A stretch of DNA of 64,000 nucleotides from an uncultured Gammaproteobacteria bacterium (GCA_964365025.1 CAYIOJ010000002.1:20208-84207); one strand, 5' to 3'; positions 17,600-27,696 are shown, numbered from the stretch's first letter. Made by a program: numbers and translations. The notes: generated by a model from the letters alone, not told the origin.

Positions 17600-18982
17600 A
17601 TGCCGACGTCGGAATCAACAAAAATGGACAAATTAATTTCTCTCTGCAAGCGCCGCGGTTTTGTTTTTCCGTCTTCGGAAATTTACGGCGGATTTTCCGC
17701 CGCCTATGATTGGGGCCCTTTGGGGGTGGAGTTGGCTAATAATATAAAAAAGGCCTGGTGGCAAATGTTCGTACGCGAGCGGGAAGATATGGTGGGTGTG
17801 GATGCGGCGATTATTATGAATCCGCGCGTCTGGGAGGCCTCTGGCCATGTACAGAATTTTTCCGATCCTTTGGTGGAGTGCAAAAAATGCCACCAAAGAT
17901 TTCGTGAAGATCATTTACTGGAAGCGCGAAGCCGCGAGCCGGGTTATGATAAAGAAAAACCAATTGACAAAGGCGATTTAAAGTGCCCGGAATGTGGCGG
18001 AACTTTGACCGAAGCCAAACAATTTAATTTGATGTTTAAAACTTTTGTCGGACCGACCGAGAATTCGGCTGCGGCGGCGTACTTGCGCCCGGAAACCGCC
18101 GGCGGGATTTTTGTCAATTACAAAAATATATTGCAATCATCGCGCAAAAAATTGCCTTTTGGCATCGCGCAAATCGGCAAAGCCTTCCGTAATGAAATCA
18201 CCGTGGAAAATTATATTTTTCGCGTACGTGAATTTGAACAGATGGAAGTGGAATATTTTATCAATCCCAAAAATTGGGAGAAGCATTTTGCCGAGTGGCT
18301 GGAGATGATGAAAAAATGGTGCGCGTTTTTGGGATTAAAGGATAATGATTTGGTGTTTCATGAAATTCCGGACAGCGAGCGCGCGTTTTATTCCAAACGC
18401 ACGATTGATATTGAATATAAATATCCGTTTGGCGTAAAGGAATTGTACGGTTTGGCTTATCGCACTGATTATGATTTGAGCCGCCATCAGCAATCTAGCG
18501 GCGAGGATTTGAGTTATTTGGACGCGGAAACAGGCGAAAAATTTATTCCGCATGTGATTGAGCCGTCGCTCGGGTTGCAGAGAAGCGTTTTAGCAACGCT
18601 TTTGTCCGCTTATGAAGAAATCAAAGGCGGCCGCACCACCACCACCGAATCAGCCAAAGAGGAAGAAGTTGTTCTGCGTCTACCCTATGCTCTCTCGCCG
18701 GTAAAGGTGGCGATTCTGCCATTGTCTAAAAAAGAGCCGCTCGCGACTATGGCGCGCGAAATCGCGGCTGATTTACGCCGATATTGGAGTGTGCAATACG
18801 ATGACGCGGCCTCCATTGGTCGCCGTTATCGCCGGCAGGATGAAATAGGCACACCTTATTGCGTAACGGTGGATTTTGAGTCAGTGGAAGATAAAAAAGT
18901 GACAGTGCGCGATAGAGACACAATGAAGCAGGAGCGCGTGGCCATCGCTGAATTAAAAGATTATTTAAAAGAGAAAATTTAA
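17600..18982 (+). CDS. glyQS: Glycine--tRNA ligase, class II dimeric type
   Basis: Carries the FVFPSSEIYGG and RPETAGGIFVNYKN motifs and a C-terminal anticodon-binding domain. Confidence 0.9.
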   Translation: MPTSESTKMDKLISLCKRRGFVFPSSEIYGGFSAAYDWGPLGVELANNIKKAWWQMFVREREDMVGVDAAIIMNPRVWEASGHVQNFSDPLVECKKCHQRFREDHLLEARSREPGYDKEKPIDKGDLKCPECGGTLTEAKQFNLMFKTFVGPTENSAAAAYLRPETAGGIFVNYKNILQSSRKKLPFGIAQIGKAFRNEITVENYIFRVREFEQMEVEYFINPKNWEKHFAEWLEMMKKWCAFLGLKDNDLVFHEIPDSERAFYSKRTIDIEYKYPFGVKELYGLAYRTDYDLSRHQQSSGEDLSYLDAETGEKFIPHVIEPSLGLQRSVLATLLSAYEEIKGGRTTTTESAKEEEVVLRLPYALSPVKVAILPLSKKEPLATMAREIAADLRRYWSVQYDDAASIGRRYRRQDEIGTPYCVTVDFESVEDKKVTVRDRDTMKQERVAIAELKDYLKEKI

Positions 18983-18992
18983 TTCTTAATTT

Positions 18993-19571
18993 TTGTTTAT
19001 GTCCAAAACCACAAAAATTGTGCTCGGAATTGCGGCGATAGCAGTCGTTATCGCCCTGACTCTCGTTAGCATGTACAACGGTTTAGTGCGCGGCAATGAG
19101 AGCGTGACCACTGCCTGGGCGCAGGTGGAAACGCAATATCAACGCCGTTTTGATTTGATCCCCAATTTGACCGAGAGTGTTAAATCGGTCTTGAAGCAAG
19201 AGCAAAAAGTGTTTGGCGACTTGGCTGAAGCGCGCACTAAATATGCCGGTGCGGTTAGTCCGGAAGCTAAAGTTGCGGCGGCCAATGGCGTGGAAAGTGT
19301 TTTGTCCCGTTTATTGGTGATAATGGAAAATTATCCGCAATTAAAATCCAATGAGACGGTGCAAACCCTGATGGCGCAATTGGAGGGAGCGGAAAATCGC
19401 ATCAGCGTGGAGCGGAGCCGCTATAACGATGCCGTGAAAGTGTTTAACATTAAAGTTAAAACTTTCCCGACCAATCTGATTGCCGGCTGGTTTGGCTTTA
19501 GCCCGCGCACCATGTTTGAGGCGGTCAAAGGCGCGGAAACTGCGCCGAAAGTGGATCTGAAATTAGAGTAG
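18993..19571 (+). CDS. lemA: LemA family protein
   Basis: N-terminal TM segment plus the LemA core (YNGLVRGNESVTTAWAQVETQYQRRFDLIPNL). Confidence 0.85.
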   Translation: MFMSKTTKIVLGIAAIAVVIALTLVSMYNGLVRGNESVTTAWAQVETQYQRRFDLIPNLTESVKSVLKQEQKVFGDLAEARTKYAGAVSPEAKVAAANGVESVLSRLLVIMENYPQLKSNETVQTLMAQLEGAENRISVERSRYNDAVKVFNIKVKTFPTNLIAGWFGFSPRTMFEAVKGAETAPKVDLKLE

Positions 19572-19579
19572 AGTTGAGA

Positions 19580-19601
19580 CGACCCCGATACTCATCGGGG
19601 T
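19580..19601. terminator. GACCCCGAT-ACTCAT-ATCGGGGTC hairpin after lemA (same motif as at 16958-16980)
   Basis: A perfect 9-bp stem followed by GGTTTG. It may act as a terminator. Confidence 0.4.
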
Positions 19602-19621
19602 CGGTTTGAAATAACTGAATT

Positions 19622-20515
19622 ATGAAAATGAAGATACTGGCAATTTTATTTTTTTCTTTATTTTTCCCTTTGGGAGTTTGGGCATATTATCCGCTTCCGC
19701 ATCCGGCCGGGTTTGTAAATGACTACGCCGGTATGTTGAGCGCGAATATGAAGGCGCAACTGGAGACGGAGCTGGCGGCTTTTCAGGAGCAAACCAAACA
19801 CGAAATTGCCGTGGTGACTATTAAAAGTTTGGAAGACGACACGATTGAAAATTTTGCCGTGAAATTATTTGAAGCTTGGGGTGTGGGAACAATTGGGGCG
19901 GACAATGGCGTGTTATTTTTAATTTCAAAAGATGATCGACAGATGAGGATTGAAGTGGGGTATGGACTGGAGGGCGCTTTGCCCGACGCCACGGCTTGGC
20001 AGATTATTGATAAAATTGCGACGCCGGCTTTTAAAAATAGCGATTTTGATAACGGAATTTTACAATCGGTCAGGGCAATAGAGTCGGCTGTCAAAGGTGA
20101 GGATGTGAGCGGGCGTTTGGCGGAGACGAATAAAAAAAACGGCTGGTTCGGCATGATCAATCAATTTGGCTATCTTTTTTTCTTTTTATTTTTAGCCGCA
20201 ATGGAATTGTTCGCCCATTTTTTGAGCAAAAGCAAAAGATGGTGGCCGGGCGGATTGATCGGTGCTGTTTTAGGTTTAATAATCGGCTTGATTGTTTTTG
20301 CGACGGTTGGCGCGGTAGTTTTGACCATAATTTTGGGTTTGCTTGGTTTGTTAATTGATTATAAAGCGTCTAAAAGAGGCCCGGACGGTTGGGGTAAGGG
20401 CGGCCGCGGCGGAATGTTTTTCGGCGGCGGCGGCCGCGGCGGATTCGGCGGCGGGGGATTTGGCAGCTTTGGCGGCGGACACTCCGGCGGCGGCGGGGCT
20501 GGCGGGAGATGGTAA
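19622..20515 (+). CDS. TPM-domain (YgcG-like) membrane protein with a Gly-rich tail
   Basis: Signal peptide, a TPM phosphatase-like domain, TM helices and a GGRGG/GGFGG tail. LemA and TPM genes form a conserved pair. Confidence 0.8.
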   Translation: MKMKILAILFFSLFFPLGVWAYYPLPHPAGFVNDYAGMLSANMKAQLETELAAFQEQTKHEIAVVTIKSLEDDTIENFAVKLFEAWGVGTIGADNGVLFLISKDDRQMRIEVGYGLEGALPDATAWQIIDKIATPAFKNSDFDNGILQSVRAIESAVKGEDVSGRLAETNKKNGWFGMINQFGYLFFFLFLAAMELFAHFLSKSKRWWPGGLIGAVLGLIIGLIVFATVGAVVLTIILGLLGLLIDYKASKRGPDGWGKGGRGGMFFGGGGRGGFGGGGFGSFGGGHSGGGGAGGRW

Positions 20516-20518
20516 GAT

Positions 20519-21796
20519 ATGTTTAAAACAAATAAATTATTAAATGGAATTACTTTATTGACCGTTCCGGTCGCGGGCACCGAAGCCGTGACTGTTTTGG
20601 CATTGTTTCCGGTTGGTTCGCGCTACGAAACAGCGCGCCAAAGCGGCATTTCGCATTTTATTGAGCACTTGATGTTCAAAGGCACGGCCAAACGTCCTGC
20701 TACTTTGGATATTTCGCGCGAGCTGGATAAAGTCGGCGCTGAATACAACGCCTATACCGGTCGCGATCATACCGGCTATTATGTAAAAGTCAGCGCGGAT
20801 AAAATTGAACTGGCTTTGGATTTGCTTTCAGACATGCTGTGGCATTCTAAATTTGATAAAGACGAAATTGAACGGGAAAAAGGCGTGATTGTGGAGGAAT
20901 TGAACATGTATAAAGACAACCCGACCATGTATGTTGAGGAATTATTTGAAGAGTTGATGTATAAAAATAATTCTTTGGGCAGAGACATCGGCGGCACACC
21001 AAAAACTGTGCGCGCCGCGAGCCGCGAAATGATTATCAGTTATTATCATCAGTTTTATAATCCTCATAATTTAGTTTTGGTCGTGGCCGGCAAGATCGGC
21101 AAAAATATCCGGCCGATGATTGATAAATATTTTTCTATGGCCGGATCTAAAAAAATAAAACCGACTTTTCCCGCTTTTTCTTTTCCGTCTAGATCAGCAA
21201 TGGAGGCGTCGGTTCATTTTAAAAAAACAGACCAAACGCACCTGGCCATGGGTTTCCCGGGATTTTCCTATGATGATCCGCGCTCGCCCGCGCTCGCGCT
21301 TTTGAACATAATTTTGGGCGCGACCATGAGCTCGCGACTTTTTACCGAAGTGCGCGAACGCCGCGGCCTGGCTTATGTAATCCAGTCCGGACTTAATCGT
21401 TATCATGAAACAGGTAATTTGGTGATTAAAGCCGGTTTGGACAAAAGTCGGCTGGCCGAGGCTATGAAAGTAATTTTGGCAGAATTGGAAAAAATTAAAA
21501 AACAAGGCGTTATGTACGAGGAATTACAAACGGCCAAGGATAATTTAGCCGGACACATGATTTTACAATTGGAGGATTCTAGCGCCCAAGCCGATTGGTA
21601 CGGCCGCGCCGCGCTTTTGAAAAAGAAAATCAGGACGCCGCAGGAAGAGCTTGCGATTTATCGCGCGGTCAAATTACCCGAGATTAAAAAAATTGCCAAT
21701 CAGATTTTTCAAATGCCGCGTTTGCGTTTGTCGGCCATCGGGCCGTATCAAGATAATTTGGAATTGAAGAAGATGTTGAAAACTAGTATAATGTGA
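20519..21796 (+). CDS. M16 family zinc peptidase (pitrilysin/insulinase-like)
   Basis: Inverted zinc-binding motif HFIEHLMFKGT (HxxEH), with E at the EELN position. Confidence 0.85.
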   Translation: MFKTNKLLNGITLLTVPVAGTEAVTVLALFPVGSRYETARQSGISHFIEHLMFKGTAKRPATLDISRELDKVGAEYNAYTGRDHTGYYVKVSADKIELALDLLSDMLWHSKFDKDEIEREKGVIVEELNMYKDNPTMYVEELFEELMYKNNSLGRDIGGTPKTVRAASREMIISYYHQFYNPHNLVLVVAGKIGKNIRPMIDKYFSMAGSKKIKPTFPAFSFPSRSAMEASVHFKKTDQTHLAMGFPGFSYDDPRSPALALLNIILGATMSSRLFTEVRERRGLAYVIQSGLNRYHETGNLVIKAGLDKSRLAEAMKVILAELEKIKKQGVMYEELQTAKDNLAGHMILQLEDSSAQADWYGRAALLKKKIRTPQEELAIYRAVKLPEIKKIANQIFQMPRLRLSAIGPYQDNLELKKMLKTSIM

Positions 21797-22533
21797 GTAT
21801 GTCAAAATTAATTGTTGCCAATTGGAAAATGTATCTTTCGCCTAAAAATTCGGTGGAAATTTTTAGCGTTGCGGCGGGGAAAAGGGGCGTGGTGATTTGT
21901 CCGTCTTTTGTGGCTTTGAATCAATTGAGCTCTTTGGCTAAAAAGAATGGGGTTAGTTTGGGCGCGCAAAATTGTTTTTGGGCGGATCGCGGGGCGTATA
22001 CCGGTGAAATTTCTCCCGCGGATTTGAAAGAGATTGGCTGCGAATATGTGATTGTCGGGCACAGCGAACGGCGCGGTTATTTGGCGGAAACCGATGAAAT
22101 AATCGGGAAAAAATTGCAAGCCGGTTTGGCCGCCGGTTTGATTCCCATTTTATGCGTGGGCGAAAATGAAACCGAAAAAAAGGCGGGGGACGCCAACGAA
22201 CGCGTTGCCGAGCAGTTGGAAAAAGCTTTATCGGGGCTCGGCCGGTTGCCAGCCGGGCAGAAAATTATTATTGCCTATGAACCGGTCTGGGCCATTGGCA
22301 CAGGCCAGGCCTGCAGTCCCGAGGCGGCAGGGGAAATGCACCGATTGATAAAAGATAAAGTGGCTGAATTGATTGGCGTAAAAAATGTTTTAGCGCTTTA
22401 CGGCGGCAGTGTGGATGATAAAAATATCGCGAGCTATTTGGAAAAAGCGGAGATTGACGGCGCCTTGGTCGGCGGAGCCAGCGCTAAAAAAGATATTTTT
22501 GCGTCACTGCTTAACGCGGCCGCTAATTTTTAA
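21793..22533 (+). CDS. tpiA: Triosephosphate isomerase
   Basis: Carries ANWKM, VGHSERR and AYEPVWAIGTG. Confidence 0.9.
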   Translation: MSMSKLIVANWKMYLSPKNSVEIFSVAAGKRGVVICPSFVALNQLSSLAKKNGVSLGAQNCFWADRGAYTGEISPADLKEIGCEYVIVGHSERRGYLAETDEIIGKKLQAGLAAGLIPILCVGENETEKKAGDANERVAEQLEKALSGLGRLPAGQKIIIAYEPVWAIGTGQACSPEAAGEMHRLIKDKVAELIGVKNVLALYGGSVDDKNIASYLEKAEIDGALVGGASAKKDIFASLLNAAANF

Positions 22534-22535
22534 AT

Positions 22536-23498
22536 ATGTTTTATTCTTTTTTCCCCATTGTTTTAATTTTTGTGAGTTTGGCGACGATGGCGATTGTTAT
22601 TGTGCGCAAATTTCCGCAGATGACCGGTCTAGACACGGAAAAATTGCCAGAAGTAAAGCAGGCCAAGATCAAAGAAGAAATAAAATTTCAGAAATTTTTG
22701 CGGCACATTTCCGATCTGGGCGCAAAATTTCAAAATTGGTCAAAGTATTTCATTTTTTTTAAAAAAAGTTGGTTATGGCTGCAAGGCAGATTTCGCGTGG
22801 CCACGCACAATTTGCAGGAGAAATATAAAAAATCAGTGATCGCTGAATTCAGAAATAGCGCGAAAGAACAGGCGGCGGAAAAGACAAAAAGGGTATCGGT
22901 TAAGAAAAAAACAACCATGCCGCACGGAGCGCCGGATTCTAGCGTTGATCCTTTAAAACAGGCGGAAAAGAGCAGAGAAGCCGGTGATTTGCCAACGGCC
23001 GAGCGTTTTTTTATTGAAGTGATTAAAACCAATCCGCGCGAAGTAGAGGCTTATCGCGGGCTGGGCAAGACATATTTGGCCATGGAGAAATTGAAAGAAG
23101 CCAAAGAGACTTTTGAATTTTTAGCCAAACTGAAACCTGATGAAGACCGAGTGTATAACTATCTGGGCATGGTGGCTGAAGCGCAGGGTAAAAAGGCCGA
23201 GGCCATCAGGTATTTTGAAGAAGCTGTGCGCTTGAACGATAAGTTGGCCGTGCGATTTTATGATTTAGGCCGGATGTACGCGTCGGTCAAGCGGCCGGCG
23301 GCGGCCTTGCGGAATTTCGCGCGCGCGGCGGAAATTGAGCCTAATAATCCCAAATACCTTGACCAATTGCTGGAAATGAGTATAATTACTGGAGATGTGG
23401 ATTTGGCGCGGGAGATCTATGACCGTCTTCGCTTAACCAATCCCGACAATCAAAAACTGCCCGGATTTAAGCAGAGGATTGAAGAAATGGAGGAATAA
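22536..23498 (+). CDS. Membrane-anchored TPR-repeat protein
   Basis: N-terminal TM segment followed by tetratricopeptide-like helical repeats (AYRGLGKTYLAMEKLKEAKETFEF ...). Confidence 0.55.
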   Translation: MFYSFFPIVLIFVSLATMAIVIVRKFPQMTGLDTEKLPEVKQAKIKEEIKFQKFLRHISDLGAKFQNWSKYFIFFKKSWLWLQGRFRVATHNLQEKYKKSVIAEFRNSAKEQAAEKTKRVSVKKKTTMPHGAPDSSVDPLKQAEKSREAGDLPTAERFFIEVIKTNPREVEAYRGLGKTYLAMEKLKEAKETFEFLAKLKPDEDRVYNYLGMVAEAQGKKAEAIRYFEEAVRLNDKLAVRFYDLGRMYASVKRPAAALRNFARAAEIEPNNPKYLDQLLEMSIITGDVDLAREIYDRLRLTNPDNQKLPGFKQRIEEMEE

Positions 23499-23514
23499 AA
23501 TTTAACAATTTAAT

Positions 23515-23590
23515 GCCGTTGTAGCTCAGCTGGTAGAGCAACTCCATGGTAAGGAGTAGGTCCGCGGTTCAATTCCGCGCAACGGCTCCA
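23515..23590 (+). tRNA. tRNA-Thr (GGU)
   Basis: GCCGTTG acceptor stem, anticodon arm ACTCC-ATGGTAA-GGAGT, T-loop TTCAATT, and an encoded CCA. Confidence 0.85.
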
Positions 23591-23595
23591 CTTTT

Positions 23596-23678
23596 GGGTG
23601 GGTACCGAAGCGGTCAAACGGGGCAGACTGTAAATCTGCTGGCTTTCGCCTTCCTAGGTTCGAATCCTAGCCCACCCA
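23596..23678 (+). tRNA. tRNA-Tyr (GUA)
   Basis: GGGTGGG acceptor stem, anticodon loop CTGTAAA, and a long variable arm. It closely resembles bacterial tRNA-Tyr. Confidence 0.85.
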
Positions 23679-23700
23679 GGTAAGATTATCAAGCGGTCAT

Positions 23701-23777
23701 GGGCGGCTAGCTCACTTGGTTAGAGCGCTACATTGACATTGTAGAGGTAACAGGTTCGATTCCTGTGCCGCCCACCA
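23701..23777 (+). tRNA. tRNA-Val (GAC)
   Basis: GGGCGGC acceptor stem, anticodon arm CTACA-TTGACAT-TGTAG, T-loop TTCGATT, and an encoded CCA. Confidence 0.85.
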
Positions 23778-23778
23778 C

Positions 23779-23850
23779 GCCGCCTTAGCTCAGTGGTAGA
23801 GCAATGCTTTTGTAAAGCAAAGGTCCTCGGTTCAAATCCGAGAGGCGGCT
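23779..23850 (+). tRNA. tRNA-Thr (UGU)
   Basis: GCCGCCT acceptor stem, anticodon loop TTTGTAA on a TGCT/AGCA stem, and T-loop TTCAAAT. Confidence 0.75.
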
Positions 23851-23886
23851 AATCCATTGTTTTAAATTAATTTTTATTAAAAATTT

Positions 23887-24042
23887 ATGTCCCAGGACAA
23901 TCTTATCAAGTTAGAATGCACGGTTTGCAAGCGCGTGACGCATCATTCGCATAAAAATAAAAAAATTCTCAAGACCCGCTTGGAATTAAATAAATTTTGC
24001 AAACACTGCAAAAAGCACACCAAACATAAAGAGACGAAGTAA
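23887..24042 (+). CDS. rpmG: 50S ribosomal protein L33
   Basis: The 51-aa translation [51 protein letters not shown] is the L33 zinc-ribbon pattern. It is too short to appear in the supplied ORF track. Confidence 0.85.
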   Translation: MSQDNLIKLECTVCKRVTHHSHKNKKILKTRLELNKFCKHCKKHTKHKETK

Positions 24043-24051
24043 AGATTTTTC

Positions 24052-24123
24052 GTCATTGCGAGCCAGACTGTCCGAGAATTGTCATTGCGAGGAGCAAAGC
24101 GACGAAGCAATCTAGTAGCTCGG
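24052..24123. repeat. Two tandem partial copies of the GTCATTGCGAG...GAAGCAATC element
   Basis: GTCATTGCGAGCCAGACTGTCCGAGAATT followed by GTCATTGCGAGGAGCAAAGCGACGAAGCAATCTAG. Confidence 0.7.
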
Positions 24124-24176
24124 TGTTTATTTTTTAGTTTTACTCCTTGCAACGATCGTAACGGAAAAGTTTTTTA

Positions 24177-24250
24177 GGGGGCGTCGTATAGTGGTAGTAC
24201 TTTCCTCTCCAAAAGGAATAGCGTGGGTTCGATTCCTACCGCCCCTGCCA
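24177..24250 (+). tRNA. tRNA-Trp (CCA)
   Basis: GGGGGCG acceptor stem, anticodon arm TTCCT-CTCCAAA-AGGAA, T-loop TTCGATT, and an encoded CCA. Confidence 0.85.
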
Positions 24251-24316
24251 GATAAATTTTATCATTTTCAAAAAGGTTGCCTTCATGGGCGATTTTTAGG
24301 TTTAAAAAATGAAGCT

Positions 24317-25768
24317 ATGTCCGAAAATGTAATTTTACGATTTGACAATGCCACCTTTGAATATGAAGAAAAAAAACCGCTTCTTGACGAAGCGAGTTTT
24401 AGCGTGCGCCAGGGCGCGAAAATTACTTTAATGGGACAAAATGGAGCCGGTAAAAGCACTATATTCAAATTAATCAAAGGCGAATTAAAACCAACGCAAG
24501 GCAATGTTTTTATCACCAATAACGCGACTATTGCCACCGCCTTGCAAATGATTGACAAGCAAGATTTGGATTTAACCGTGGAAAAATATTTTGCCAAGGC
24601 CTTTGCCGCAGTACCCGGTAATATTAAAAGCCAGATCAGCAAAGTGATGACCGCGGTTAATTTAACAGTTCCGATTGATAAAAAAGTGGGGGATTTGTCC
24701 GGCGGCCAGCAAGCCAGAATTTTATTGGCCTATGCTTTGATTCAAAATCCGGATATTTTGCTTTTGGACGAGCCGACCAATAATTTGGACAAAGCCGGCA
24801 TTGACCATTTGATAGAATTTTTAGTGATGTATGATAAAACAGTGATAGTAATTTCCCACGACGCTGATTTTTTAAATTGTTTTACCGAAGGAGTAATTTA
24901 CCTGGATGTTTTTACCAAAAAAATTGAGACCTATGTCGGCGACTATTTTTCCGTGGTGGAAGAAATCACCGCCAGAATTGAAAGAGAAATAAAGAAAAAC
25001 GCTCAATTGGAAAAAGAAATTTTGGACAACAAAGCCAAGGTGAACTTTTTTGCCAACAAAGGCGGCAAGATGCGCAAGCTCGCGAGTAAATTAAAAGAGG
25101 AAATTGAAGAGCTGGAAGAAAACAAAGTGGAGGTGCGACGCGAAGACAAAACCATCAGGGATTTTAAAATTCCGGCGCAGGGAATTATCGGCAAGGTGGC
25201 GACAATTAAGTCGGTAAAAATAATTAAAAATCACAAGCCGCTAATCAAAGAAGTGAATATCGTTTTGCGGCAAAGAGATCGCTTATTGATTTCCGGACCG
25301 AACGGCATTGGCAAAAGCTCGTTGTTGCGTTCTTTGGTAAATGCCACTAGTGAAGACACGGTGATTTTGTCAGACACTCGCGTTGGTTATTACAGTCAGG
25401 ATTTCGCCACTTTGGATTATAGTCAAACTGTTTTTGATTCTTTGAAAAGCGTATTGACCGAAGGCGCGGACATTCAAGACGTGCGTTCGGTAGCAGCCGG
25501 ACTTTTGATTACTGGCGACTTGATGGGTTTGCCGATTTCCAGTTTGTCAGATGGGCAAAAAGGATTGCTTTCTTTCGCGCGATTGGTGTTGATGAAGCCC
25601 GGACTTTTGATTTTGGACGAGCCGACCAATCATATTAATTTTCGCCATATTCCGGTGATTGCTAGAGCCATAAATAATTATGACGGCACGATAATTCTTA
25701 TCAGCCACATGCCGGATTTTGTTAAAGCGATTAAAGTTAATGAAAGATTGGATTTGGGAGCGTTGTGA
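24317..25768 (+). CDS. ABC-F family ATPase: two ABC domains, no TM domain
   Basis: Two Walker A motifs (GQNGAGKST and GPNGIGKSS), two signature motifs (LSGGQQ and LSDGQK) and an inter-domain linker. The conserved start is the Met at 24317. Confidence 0.85.
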   Translation: MSENVILRFDNATFEYEEKKPLLDEASFSVRQGAKITLMGQNGAGKSTIFKLIKGELKPTQGNVFITNNATIATALQMIDKQDLDLTVEKYFAKAFAAVPGNIKSQISKVMTAVNLTVPIDKKVGDLSGGQQARILLAYALIQNPDILLLDEPTNNLDKAGIDHLIEFLVMYDKTVIVISHDADFLNCFTEGVIYLDVFTKKIETYVGDYFSVVEEITARIEREIKKNAQLEKEILDNKAKVNFFANKGGKMRKLASKLKEEIEELEENKVEVRREDKTIRDFKIPAQGIIGKVATIKSVKIIKNHKPLIKEVNIVLRQRDRLLISGPNGIGKSSLLRSLVNATSEDTVILSDTRVGYYSQDFATLDYSQTVFDSLKSVLTEGADIQDVRSVAAGLLITGDLMGLPISSLSDGQKGLLSFARLVLMKPGLLILDEPTNHINFRHIPVIARAINNYDGTIILISHMPDFVKAIKVNERLDLGAL

Positions 25769-25835
25769 AAAGCGCCATTGACAAAATACCCCGCGCCATT
25801 TAAGGCACGGGATATTTTTATCTTTTTGACAAAGA

Positions 25836-26036
25836 TTAAGCGCGAGTGACATTCACTGCGCGAGGTCCTTTGTCAGACTGTTCCTCATCAAAGTTGACCG
25901 CGTCGCCTTGTTTCAATTCAGAGAATTGAATTCCGACCAAACCGGTTTCATGAAAGAAGAGATCTTTTACGCCACCGTCAGGTGTAATAAAGCCAAAATG
26001 CTTTTCAGCAATTATTGTTTTAATAGTACCTTTCAT
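25836..26036 (-). CDS. cspA: Cold-shock protein, CspA family
   Basis: MKGTIKTIIAEKHFGFITPDGGVKDLFFHETGL contains the RNP1 and RNP2 motifs. Confidence 0.9.
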   Translation of the reverse strand: MKGTIKTIIAEKHFGFITPDGGVKDLFFHETGLVGIQFSELKQGDAVNFDEEQSDKGPRAVNVTRA

Positions 26037-26146
26037 ATTGGTAATAAAAATAAAATTTCTATCCGTTTAAGAAAACCGACCAATTTTCTAAGGATGTGGA
26101 TATTATACCACAAACGCAGGGAATTGTCAACAGCCAGCTCATTTCC

Positions 26147-26175
26147 TTGACAAAAACGCCATTTTGTGCTATACT
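26147..26175 (+). promoter_or_regulatory. Sigma70-like promoter (TTGACA-17-TATACT) with a ~90-nt 5' UTR before the DEAD-box helicase gene
   Basis: TTGACA lies at 26147-26152 and TATACT at 26170-26175. The leader is long, as in cold-shock genes, and shares the intergenic region with the divergent csp gene. Confidence 0.5.
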
Positions 26176-26264
26176 TGTATATTCTGGCTGTATTAAGCAG
26201 CCAACGACTCGGATCTCTTGTGTCATTATGTGTGGCCCAGCAGAAACTCGGGTCACCAATTAAT

Positions 26265-27497
26265 ATGACACACACAAATCAAATTGTGCCCGGTTTTAAC
26301 ACACTGGGCATTGCTCCGGAAATGCTTGAGGTATTGAGCCGCTTGCGTTTCACCACTCCCACGCCCATTCAGCACCAGTGTATTCCGGCCGCCTTAGAGG
26401 GTAAAGACATTGTTGGTATTGCTCAAACAGGCACAGGCAAGACCCTAGCTTTTGGCATACCCATGATTCAACTGCTTGGCCAAAACAAAGGTCAGGGATT
26501 GATTTTATTGCCAACTCGCGAATTGGCTTTGCAGGTGAATGAAGTATTGCAGACGCTTGGCCACAAATTTGGTTTGCGTACCGCTGTGGTAATCGGCGGG
26601 GCATCTTCTTTTCAGCAAATTCAGGCTATTCGCCGCCGTCCGCACATTATCGTGTCCACACCGGGACGGTTGATTGATCATTTGCAAAACAAAAATATCT
26701 CTTTGGAAAAAGTGAAAATGATTGTGATGGACGAGGCTGACAGGATGTTTGATATTGGTTTTCTTCCGCAGATCAAACAAATTTTGAGCGCCGCCCCCAA
26801 AGAGCGCCAGACGCTAATGTTTTCGGCGACTATGCCTAAGGCCATTGCCGAGGTGGCCGCGCGGTTTATGAAAATGCCGTGGCGCATTGAAGTGGCTCCG
26901 GCCGGCACTCCAGCCGCTCAAGTGGAACAAGAGATTTTTATCGCGTCCAAAGATGTTCGCGTTCAACTTTTAGATAAATTATTAACTGATACTCCCGGCA
27001 CTGTTTTGATTTTTTCCCGCACCAAACACGGCGCCAAAAGAATTGCCGGACAGGTTCGGGATATGGGTCATTCGGCGATTGAAATTCATTCCAACAGATC
27101 GCTTGCGCAAAGACAGGCGGCCATGGCCGGATTCAAGGCCGGCAAGTATCGCGTGCTCGTGGCTACAGACATTGCCGCCAGAGGAATTGATGTGGAAGAT
27201 ATTGCCTTGGTTGTTAATTATGATTTGCCTGATAATCCGGAAGATTATGTGCATCGTATTGGCCGCACTGGTCGCGCCGGCAGTACAGGCAGAGCGGTTT
27301 CTTTTGCCGGGCCGGATCAAAGAATGGATGTTAAACAAATTGAACGGATTATTAAAAAAACAATTCCGGTTTCCGAGCTTCCGGTTTTGCCGGCTCGCCG
27401 CGCGGCTAGAGTCAGCGCCAAAGTAACGCCTGTCGGGCAATATCGCGGCGGCAACAGGCCGTTCCGCGGGCAAAATAGAAAATTTCGTCATCGTTGA
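26265..27497 (+). CDS. DEAD-box ATP-dependent RNA helicase
   Basis: Q-motif, AQTGTGKT, PTRELA, DEAD, SAT and HRIGRTGRAG motifs, followed by an RG-rich C-terminus. The conserved start is the Met at 26265. Confidence 0.9.
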   Translation: MTHTNQIVPGFNTLGIAPEMLEVLSRLRFTTPTPIQHQCIPAALEGKDIVGIAQTGTGKTLAFGIPMIQLLGQNKGQGLILLPTRELALQVNEVLQTLGHKFGLRTAVVIGGASSFQQIQAIRRRPHIIVSTPGRLIDHLQNKNISLEKVKMIVMDEADRMFDIGFLPQIKQILSAAPKERQTLMFSATMPKAIAEVAARFMKMPWRIEVAPAGTPAAQVEQEIFIASKDVRVQLLDKLLTDTPGTVLIFSRTKHGAKRIAGQVRDMGHSAIEIHSNRSLAQRQAAMAGFKAGKYRVLVATDIAARGIDVEDIALVVNYDLPDNPEDYVHRIGRTGRAGSTGRAVSFAGPDQRMDVKQIERIIKKTIPVSELPVLPARRAARVSAKVTPVGQYRGGNRPFRGQNRKFRHR

Positions 27498-27506
27498 TTT
27501 TTCAAC

Positions 27507-27536
27507 AAAAAGGCGCGACCAATCGCGCCTTTTTTG
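27507..27536 (+). terminator. Rho-independent terminator after the helicase gene
   Basis: AAAAAGGCGCGA-CCAA-TCGCGCCTTTTTT. Confidence 0.8.
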
Positions 27537-27696
27537 GTATATTTTCGACATTGGTGTATGGCTCATTCGGCGGCAGACCCTTGTTCGCTTGACTTTTGCG
27601 ATGGCTTTTATTAAGATAGCGAATAACTGCTTGCTGAATTCAGCGTCAAGACGGCGTTGGAAAAAGCGAGCGTAGATGTTCAAGAAGGAGTATCCA

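Noticed and set aside
23943-24152. 69-aa minus-strand ORF
   Set aside because: It overlaps the clearly recognisable rpmG (L33) gene on the plus strand and the repeat elements. Judged spurious.
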